From positions 15,057 through 79,056 of the forward strand of contig CAJUOI010000003.1 of assembly GCA_910588615.1 (NCBI GenBank): DNA of 64,000 nucleotides. The letters are read 5' to 3'. This document shows, one piece after another, positions 58,482-64,000 of the stretch. Source of the stretch: an uncultured Christensenellaceae bacterium (GTDB lineage: Bacteria; Bacillota; Clostridia; Christensenellales; Borkfalkiaceae). The number at the start of each line of letters is the position of its first letter. Within the stretch, counting starts at the first letter, position 1. The notes beneath the pieces are model-generated. The model did no database searches. It had not been told where the DNA came from and saw only the letters and a list, made by a program, of their open reading frames with translations. Position numbers and translations under genes: made by a program.

Positions 58482-59957
58482 TCAATTACTTTTCCGCAGT
58501 TGCTTAATAACCTCTTGGCTTACCTTGCCCATATACTCACCCTCGTCCCAGCAGGCGAAATCGTCAAAGAGCAACAGCTTTTTATCCTCCAATCCGACCG
58601 TCGTTACAACGTCGTCGTCCATCACGTCCGAAATGAAGTATTGCGGCAAGCCTTTACTGTATACGATTTTCTCTCCCGTCTTTTCGAGGTATTTCATAAG
58701 ATAGGCAACCGACCTTCCAAGCATGGTATTATCTTCTATCTTCTCAAAATCCGAACGCCCGAATCGTTCGTTGAAATAGGTATTCTGCACCGTGATCTGT
58801 CTGCGGCGACTTTTGAAGCTGTAATCGCTTTTTTCAACCAACAGCCCCGGCATCGTTCCCTCGGGGATATAGAGCAGCCCGTGAAAATGCAAACTCTGTT
58901 TTTCGGGAGAACGTTCCCATACGTCCACATACTTCCAGCCTTTCCTCGAAGCAAAATTTGCAAGCGTCTTTTTCAAGCCCTTCTTAAAACTTTCCTCGGT
59001 ATGAAGTTGTCCGTTGTAGGTAAACGTTACAAAATGGGTAAACGTCTGTAAATTTACTTTCCGCGTCAAACGGATACGTCTGCAAATGAGATTGCGCCGC
59101 TTGCGTTCGATATTGCCGTCTACATAATTCTTTACCGTCGTTTCAGTCTTAAAGAACGGGCGTAGAGCCGCGATAATCTTTTCCCGCCGTTCGCCTTTCT
59201 TCAAATGGAGATATTCTTGATATAATTCGTTGAACAGTTCTTTCTTTGTCATATAATAATTTTTATTGAAAGCGTGCATTGAGCCAAAAAACTGTATTTC
59301 AGATTTGCTATTGGAACCTCTTCCCCTCTTTAAATTAATCAATTCAAAAGTTGTTATCATATCAGCTATTTGAAACAGTCTATATTGCGCAGGGCTAACA
59401 TTACGTCTAAATTCGACGTTGTTTTCTGTAAAAATTGATGCCATTATTTGTGTCAACTGCGTTTGTCCGTTATCGTAATAAATTATTATTTTATCATATT
59501 CAGACAGCAATTCACTTTTGCTGTCTATAAATTCTCTAATTTGCTTTGAAAGTAATGAAATAATCTTAAATTGATTAAAGTCTTCTCTTTTCTCTACGAC
59601 AAAAGTTATATATTTAAATTCCACTTTACTTGCGAAATTCATAAAGCAATTTAAAATACTTTTTCTTTCGTCTATCGTCATTAACTCATATACTTCTTCT
59701 TTTCGAATCAACGGTCCCGTATGTAAACAATGTTCCGAATAACTTTTCATCGATAGACTGTCAGATAAGTATTGTAATAATTCGTTAATACTATGTTTTT
59801 GATCATGAAAAAGCATAGTCACCAAATAATATGGTGCAATATTATTATACTTTCCAAAGTCCCCAGACTCATCAATAAAAATACTCAAATTCTTTCTCAT
59901 ACGCAAAAAAAAAGTGGCGAGGAATACCCCCGCCGCGGTGGACCTCGGGAATTTCAA
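58482..59957 (-). CDS. In-frame fusion of a DUF3800-like N-terminal domain and a phiX-A-like HUH (YxxxY) rolling-circle Rep domain (Rep copy 1)
   Basis: N-terminal part (about 59253-59900, very AT-rich): LSIFIDESGDFG. C-terminal part (58482-59252): FVTFTY (motif 1), LHFHGLLY (HUH), AYLMKYLEK (YxxxY). There is no stop between the parts. The start is TTG 59957 or ATG 59900. Confidence 0.7.
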   Translation of the reverse strand: MKFPRSTAAGVFLATFFLRMRKNLSIFIDESGDFGKYNNIAPYYLVTMLFHDQKHSINELLQYLSDSLSMKSYSEHCLHTGPLIRKEEVYELMTIDERKSILNCFMNFASKVEFKYITFVVEKREDFNQFKIISLLSKQIREFIDSKSELLSEYDKIIIYYDNGQTQLTQIMASIFTENNVEFRRNVSPAQYRLFQIADMITTFELINLKRGRGSNSKSEIQFFGSMHAFNKNYYMTKKELFNELYQEYLHLKKGERREKIIAALRPFFKTETTVKNYVDGNIERKRRNLICRRIRLTRKVNLQTFTHFVTFTYNGQLHTEESFKKGLKKTLANFASRKGWKYVDVWERSPEKQSLHFHGLLYIPEGTMPGLLVEKSDYSFKSRRRQITVQNTYFNERFGRSDFEKIEDNTMLGRSVAYLMKYLEKTGEKIVYSKGLPQYFISDVMDDDVVTTVGLEDKKLLLFDDFACWDEGEYMGKVSQEVIKQLRKSN

Positions 59958-59986
59958 CCCAGCCCAAATTTATTTTTCTTGATAAT

Positions 59987-60015
59987 ATTATATGCTATTG
60001 AGGGATAAAAGTCAA
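59987..60015 (-). promoter_or_regulatory. Sigma-70-type promoter of the DUF3800-Rep gene
   Basis: The minus strand reads TTGACT, a 17-nt spacer, then TATAAT. Confidence 0.55.
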
Positions 60016-60103
60016 CCCCTTTTTTGCAAATTTTTATTATCATCAACATTATTATAACATATTTTTACTTGTTCCATACCGTTAACTGACAAATTCTATA
60101 TAT

Positions 60104-60398
60104 TCCTCCGAGATTTTTTGCCGTTTCGTCGGGCTTATCGTAGCATAGTCCTTCTCCGATGTCAACGGGCAAAAAATTGCTTTGAATTTGAAACCGAACT
60201 TAATATTTTCAGCACCGCATTTTCCGTTCGGTGTTTTTTCTTTTAACGCAATTTTTTGGTTGTGGGGCATCTCCTCCCGTCATTATTTCACTTTTATTGC
60301 CACCGTTGACATCAAAAATTAGACGAAACACAACATCCTCCGAATGAAGTCCTATGCCTCGTTCGCCCTGCCGAACGGCAAATCAAAAATCTCGGAGG
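60104..60398. repeat. Imperfect inverted repeats (60104-60127 and 60372-60398) bracketing 244 bp with a central terminator-like hairpin, upstream of sigma-like copy B
   Basis: The distal arm is CCTCCGAGATTTTTTGCCGTTTCG. The proximal arm is CGAACGGCAAATCAAAAATCTCGGAGG and contains the SD. The whole segment is homologous and collinear with the copy A leader. Confidence 0.7.
60211..60240 (+). terminator. Weak terminator-like hairpin inside the copy B leader
   Basis: CACCG..CGGTG stem followed by TTTTTT on the plus strand. Confidence 0.4.
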
Positions 60399-60406
60399 TA
60401 TCCAAA

Positions 60407-61060
60407 ATGAAAAGAAGGACAAACAAACATGAGAGCAGAATAAGGTACAAGAACTTTGATTACAATATTCTGAAAGATCCTATCTCGCCCAATAACGTAT
60501 TCGCTATGTCCGAAATCATAGCGTTTATGGAAACGCGCTATCTCATTAGTTATGCAGGAACGCGTATGCAGCAGTTAAATACCAATCTGTTCAAAGACAT
60601 CAAGAACAGAGACGACGTAAGCCGTTCGTTAAGCGATGGTTACGATTTGGTGCAGGAATGTGCATTGTATCTCTGCGAATACTACGGGCAGCATTTAGAT
60701 GATGTTATAGGCTATACAAAGAAGAAAAAAAAGATAACGGTAAGAATCGCCTGTATCAGAAAGATGATGAAACTGATTAACCGCAAATCGAGAGACAGTT
60801 ACCGCCTTATAAGCCTTGATGCTTTAACGCCCATAAGCGAACCTACGATCGAAATAAGAGAAGAAATCGAGCAGGATTATACAAAATGCGATAAGATTGT
60901 AGAGAGCCTGAATTTATCCGATAATATGCGAGTTGCGTTGGAATGTAGAATGTCGGGGTTAAGCTATCCCGAGATAGGAAGAATCCTTGAAAGAGCGCAA
61001 GCGACCATTTACGAATACTTTATCAAAATGCGTAAGCGGTACACGGCGATTTACGGTTAA
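60407..61060 (+). CDS. Sigma-70-region-4-like transcription regulator, copy B (full length)
   Basis: 217 aa from the ATG after CTCGGAGG. C-terminal LSDNMRVALECRMSGLSYPEIGRILERAQATIYEYF is a region-4-type HTH. Paralogue of copy A. Confidence 0.7.
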   Translation: MKRRTNKHESRIRYKNFDYNILKDPISPNNVFAMSEIIAFMETRYLISYAGTRMQQLNTNLFKDIKNRDDVSRSLSDGYDLVQECALYLCEYYGQHLDDVIGYTKKKKKITVRIACIRKMMKLINRKSRDSYRLISLDALTPISEPTIEIREEIEQDYTKCDKIVESLNLSDNMRVALECRMSGLSYPEIGRILERAQATIYEYFIKMRKRYTAIYG

Positions 61061-61080
61061 TGCGCAATATAGAGTCGAAA

Positions 61081-61160
61081 CTATACCCCCACTGTGAAAC
61101 GGTGCGTTATTCTTACTGTTTCATAGATTTTAACCGCAATTCTATCCCCCACTGTTAAAC
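61081..61160 (+). repeat. Two 19-20-bp direct repeats spaced exactly 60 bp apart
   Basis: CTATACCCCCACTGTGAAAC (61081-61100) and TCTATCCCCCACTGTTAAAC (61141-61160). Confidence 0.7.
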
Positions 61161-61302
61161 CACTGTTTTAAGTCGAGAAACAGCGCTGTAACCGCCGCGA
61201 ATTACTTTATCGGAATAACACTCATCCTAACGCAATAAACGTTTCTAATCGAAATAGAAATGGCATTTGAAATTCGCAATGGTTAGCGCTAAAAATGCTT
61301 TC

Positions 61303-61330
61303 AAGAGTGCGAACGACCACGCTCTTTTTT
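61303..61330 (+). terminator. Terminator of sigma-like copy B
   Basis: 7-bp stem AAGAGTG/CGCTCTT-type (one G-U pair), followed by TTTTTT. Confidence 0.5.
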
Positions 61331-61823
61331 AAGCCGGTACAGTATAGTTATAAGCGTACTTGTTTAACCGCTCGCCTTTCAAATTCAGAATATAACCATC
61401 CTCCACCTTGCAGCCCCATTCGGGATTATGAAGCGGTAATTCTTCTAAAATATCCTCATCCGTTACATCTGAACTTTCTATTACTTCCAAATCCTCTATT
61501 TTAATAGAAGCGCTCAAATCATCCGCAAGCGTTTTAGGATCTTCTCTATAAAACAAAAACGTTCCGCGACGAATTTCAGCGGCTAAAATATGACCTTCGT
61601 CCCCCTTGTGAATTCCGTATTGTTCATATTCATCCGTAAGAACGCAAACCCGATCTAAATACTCGCGCTTTCCTGCTAATTCCACTGCAATGCTCACTCG
61701 TTGCCCGTATCTATTCAACACGCCCAGTTCATATTTCCCTTTCAAAAATTCTTTTTTGGCAGATTCTGCAATGATATTGTAAACTTCCTCGGCATCGTCA
61801 ATAATATATCCCATACTTTTCAT
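61329..61823 (-). CDS. Hypothetical protein; the C-terminal half resembles DUF4926-type small beta-barrel proteins by eye
   Basis: 164-aa ORF whose start overlaps the upstream stop (TAATG). VCVLTDEYEQYGIHKGDEGHIL has a DUF4926-like pattern, with low certainty. Confidence 0.45.
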   Translation of the reverse strand: MKSMGYIIDDAEEVYNIIAESAKKEFLKGKYELGVLNRYGQRVSIAVELAGKREYLDRVCVLTDEYEQYGIHKGDEGHILAAEIRRGTFLFYREDPKTLADDLSASIKIEDLEVIESSDVTDEDILEELPLHNPEWGCKVEDGYILNLKGERLNKYAYNYTVPA

Positions 61824-62140
61824 TAAGTCAACCTTTTTGACGAATAGTAATCCTTGATTTTTCCCATTGAAAATTCAAGCGTAACTTCATTCAATTCGGT
61901 AGGAATTTGTGTGCATTTACAAAACGGATGTTGTTCTTCATCAGGTTTATTATTATTTTTGAATATTGTTTTATTGATTGCAACGCAAATTTCGCAAGTA
62001 TGCGTCATCGGATCCGCCACCGCAATTCCTCCGCACACCTCTATATCCAACGGACTATCATTCTGCCGCTGCCGTCAACCGTCTCCTTCTTTCAAAAACG
62101 TAGCCACTTTTTTCTTAAAAAACCCGTCAAATAAACTCAT
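61823..62140 (-). pseudogene. Fragment resembling the C-terminal zinc-ribbon of phage MuF/SPP1-gp7 proteins, interrupted by an in-frame TGA
   Basis: THTCEIC...HPFCKC resembles the MuF C-terminal C..C...HPNCRC. ATG 62140 has a strong AAGGAG RBS, then 21 codons, a TGA at 62075-62077, and then the same frame continues into track ORF 61823..62050. Confidence 0.4.
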
Positions 62141-62219
62141 TAAAATTCTCCTTTTGTTTTACTCTAATTATAACATGCAATTTTTGGGTAAAGGGGGTAT
62201 CATGACAAAATTTTTTGCA

Positions 62220-62515
62220 TCACAATAAAAAATTCTGCAAATACAGCAACAGCCGCTTGTTGAATATCTGAACGTACTTCTCCGTAACGCCCCATTCTGC
62301 TGCTAACGCCTTTTGCGTTAGACCGCTTTCGTACAGCCCGCGATAAACGCGCCGAAGGGGTTTGGACGCACTCTCAATCGCACGGAAATAATTCTCCACA
62401 AACCGCTTGATATCGGCGGGAACTAAAATTTCCACGCCTTTTCCGCCGATTTAAGTGCAAAATGATATTCTCGGATAATCTTCAATTCCGCTCTGATTTC
62501 CTGTAAATTTTTCAT
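62220..62515 (-). pseudogene. Small sigma-region-4/DUF1492-like HTH gene split by a frameshift
   Basis: ATG 62515 (GGGAGG RBS) encodes MKNLQEIRAELKIIREYHFALKSAEKAWKF and stops at 62423. The HTH part (LTQKALAAEWGVTEKYV) continues in another frame from 62435, and the two frames overlap at an AAAATTTT tract. Confidence 0.45.
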
Positions 62516-62585
62516 ACTATTTTCCTCCCAAATTTCCCCAAAAGTTGGGGTATTGACACTTGCGCGTGCGCTTGGTTTATACGAG

Positions 62586-62686
62586 CGGGTGCGCGCTCCG
62601 CGCGCACCCGATACAAGGTGTCGTCAACCGTGCAGACCACCGCGCGGGGCGGGGGTTGCGCTGAACCGCTTGCAACCGCCCGCCCC
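62586..62686. other. Paired GC-rich hairpins H1 (62586-62610) and H2 (62646-62686), element copy 2
   Basis: H1 has a 10-bp stem CGGGTGCGCG/CGCGCACCCG. H2 has a ~14-bp stem GGGGCGGGGGTTGC/GCAACCGCCCGCCCC (one bulge) and loop GCTGAACCGCTT, nearly identical to the copy 1 H2 loop although the stem sequences differ. Confidence 0.7.
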
Positions 62687-62730
62687 GTTCTCGCGGTGGT
62701 CGTTTCTTGCGTGTTCTTGTTGCCGTTCCT

Positions 62731-63708
62731 CTAATATATGTATCGGGGTTCATACCCGCGCGGGGGTGGTGTTGCGTAGTGTTGTATATCTCTTTCCCAA
62801 TCTATCACGTCGTCGAATAGAACGTACTTTAATACGAAATTTCGGATTTTGCTTGCAATGTCGTCATTGTCTATTGTGGTGTATAGTTCGGCGGGAATGC
62901 CTCGACTATACGTTATCTTTTCGCCCGTCTTTTCTATGTATTTGAGTAGATAGGAAACGGCGTTTCCGTGTTTGAGTTCTACGGGGCTGATTTCCTCGAA
63001 GTCGTTCCGCCCGAACCGTTCCGCGAAAAAGTCATTTTCATGCGTGGTCTGCATTTTGTGTTGTTTCGTGCTATAATCTTGCTTTTCCGTTATCGTGCCT
63101 ATCATTTCATTTTCGGGTACGTACACGAGCGCATGAAAATGCAAACGCCCCGTTTCGGGCGCGCGCTCGAATACGCCCATATACCGCCATTTATGGCGCG
63201 TGTGCAGGTTGGAAAGACATTTACGGAGCTTTGCGCGGAACTCTGTTTCCGTGTGTTTTTCGTCCGAATATGTTATCGTTACAAAGTGCGTCCAACGGTT
63301 CATATTTGCTTTGTTCCGAAAGCGTTTCTTTCGGTGATGCAGGTTGTTTAACTTACGCTTTATATTCTCGTCTATAAAGGCATTTACGGCGGTTTCGTCC
63401 TCGAATAGGTGTATTAAGTTATCTTGCAAAAATGCGCGCGTTTCGGCTTTGCCTTTGCCCTCTGTAAGTGTTAAGGCGTATAACCCGTCAAAGAGTTCGC
63501 GGGCGGTATCTTCTTTCCGTTTGCGGGGGCGTTGGGGCTTGTGTTTCGTCCTCGTAAGCGGAACGGCGACAAAATGCCCGCCGTCGTTGTACACTCGGCA
63601 AAACTGACCCTTGCGCCGTGTCGGGCGGGGGTCGTCGAAGAATGTCGGTTGATAGTAACGGTCAAACGGGTTTTTGCCGTAGCCGTTTGCAATGGCTGTT
63701 GCGGTCAT
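62731..63708 (-). CDS. phiX-A-like HUH (YxxxY) rolling-circle Rep protein (Rep copy 2)
   Basis: 325 aa with HFVTITY (motif 1), LHFHALVY (HUH) and VSYLLKYIEK (YxxxY). Collinear with residues ~236-491 of the 58482..59957 ORF. Confidence 0.75.
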   Translation of the reverse strand: MTATAIANGYGKNPFDRYYQPTFFDDPRPTRRKGQFCRVYNDGGHFVAVPLTRTKHKPQRPRKRKEDTARELFDGLYALTLTEGKGKAETRAFLQDNLIHLFEDETAVNAFIDENIKRKLNNLHHRKKRFRNKANMNRWTHFVTITYSDEKHTETEFRAKLRKCLSNLHTRHKWRYMGVFERAPETGRLHFHALVYVPENEMIGTITEKQDYSTKQHKMQTTHENDFFAERFGRNDFEEISPVELKHGNAVSYLLKYIEKTGEKITYSRGIPAELYTTIDNDDIASKIRNFVLKYVLFDDVIDWERDIQHYATPPPRGYEPRYIY

Positions 63709-63767
63709 TTCTGCTTTTCCTTTTCGGGGTTTCGGTTTTGTTCTTGCCTTTGTGGTAGTCGAGGACG

Positions 63768-63990
63768 GGGGGAAACAAATTCACCCGAGCGCGCTGCTTA
63801 CTCTTTGTTTCCCCCTCTTGACCCCCTTCGTCTATTATGGGAAGTGTTGCGGGGTGTCTGGGTTCTCAGCTTATATTTTGCCCCCGTCGCAAAGGAGGAA
63901 AACGGCGGGGGCGGGTGTGGGCTTATACTGCGTATTCGTAGTAACCTACTTCGTATAGCCAATTTTTCAAAGTGTCTGCGTTACTACGAA
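63768..63990. other. Cluster of strong hairpins upstream of Rep copy 2
   Basis: Perfect 12-bp IR GGGGGAAACAAA..24 nt..TTTGTTTCCCCC (about 63769-63816). GCCCCCGTCG/CGGCGGGGGC with 9 of 10 paired (about 63881-63918). Perfect 11-bp IR TTCGTAGTAAC..TTACTACGAA-type (about 63937-63990). Confidence 0.6.
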
Positions 63991-64000
63991 ATTTTTTGAA

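Larger units (their letters stand above)
56205..64000. mobile_element. Mosaic of at least three partial, related copies of an uncharacterised Rep(HUH)/sigma-like element family; it continues beyond the window
   Basis: Two Rep paralogues, two sigma-like paralogues, duplicated leaders and duplicated hairpin pairs in mutually inconsistent orders. Composition differs from the backbone. fucI is truncated at the left junction. No integrase or transposase is seen. Confidence 0.6.

Noticed and set aside
60082-60270. 62-aa minus-strand ORF in the sigma B leader.
   Set aside because: It spans the distal IR arm and the terminator-like hairpin. It has no SD, and no counterpart frame exists in the homologous copy A leader.
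61329-62140. Prophage, or a MuF-type polymorphic toxin locus.
   Set aside because: Only a ~50-aa zinc-ribbon-like fragment resembles MuF. There are no capsid, portal, terminase or tail genes and no recognisable toxin domain.

Overview
A 64-kb chromosomal fragment from a GC-rich, Gram-positive-type anaerobe. The Bacillota/Clostridia-like assignment is my inference from gene content: lipoprotein signal peptides, rubrerythrin, type III glutamine synthetase and grpE-dnaK-dnaJ. About 60 genes are present, nearly all on the minus strand, and many long plus-strand ORFs in the track are antisense shadows of GC-rich genes. Blocks from left to right:

- (1) A partial sugar-type ABC ATPase and two unknown membrane proteins.
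- (2) An eight-gene nucleic-acid/deoxynucleoside scavenging operon: secreted endonuclease I, tdk, pdp, secreted 5'-nucleotidase, cdd, deoB, deoD, deoC.
- (3) A Gram-positive polysaccharide-utilisation cluster: SASA-type esterase, a 1746-aa repeat-containing surface lipoprotein, GH43, ABC permeases and binding protein, AraC regulator.
- (4) An M23 peptidase and small unknown genes.
- (5) An AT-rich C-R-M type II restriction-modification islet directly downstream of tRNA-Gly(CCC).
- (6) A BspA-like LRR protein, an S1C protease, rubrerythrin with two coupled micro-ORFs, a ClC channel, a GH36 alpha-galactosidase and an SDR.
- (7) glnN (GS type III), gdhA and a degenerate CN-hydrolase-like gene.
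- (8) An AT-rich GNAT/XRE islet downstream of tRNA-Ala(GGC).
- (9) dnaJ-dnaK-grpE, with a repeat-extended GrpE and no hrcA or CIRCE.
- (10) rhaDAB, an AraC regulator, rbsK, rpe and a 3' fragment of fucI.
- (11) From about 56.2 kb to the window end, a mosaic of at least three partial, mutually related copies of an uncharacterised element family. It encodes phiX-A-like (HUH, YxxxY) Rep proteins and sigma-70-region-4-like regulators, with Fic and DUF3800 cargo, conserved paired GC hairpins and inverted-repeat-bracketed leaders.

Block 11 is my best candidate for something undescribed. I found no CRISPR array, rRNA, integrase, transposase or reverse transcriptase. All domain calls come from motif recognition by eye, and no database search was run.
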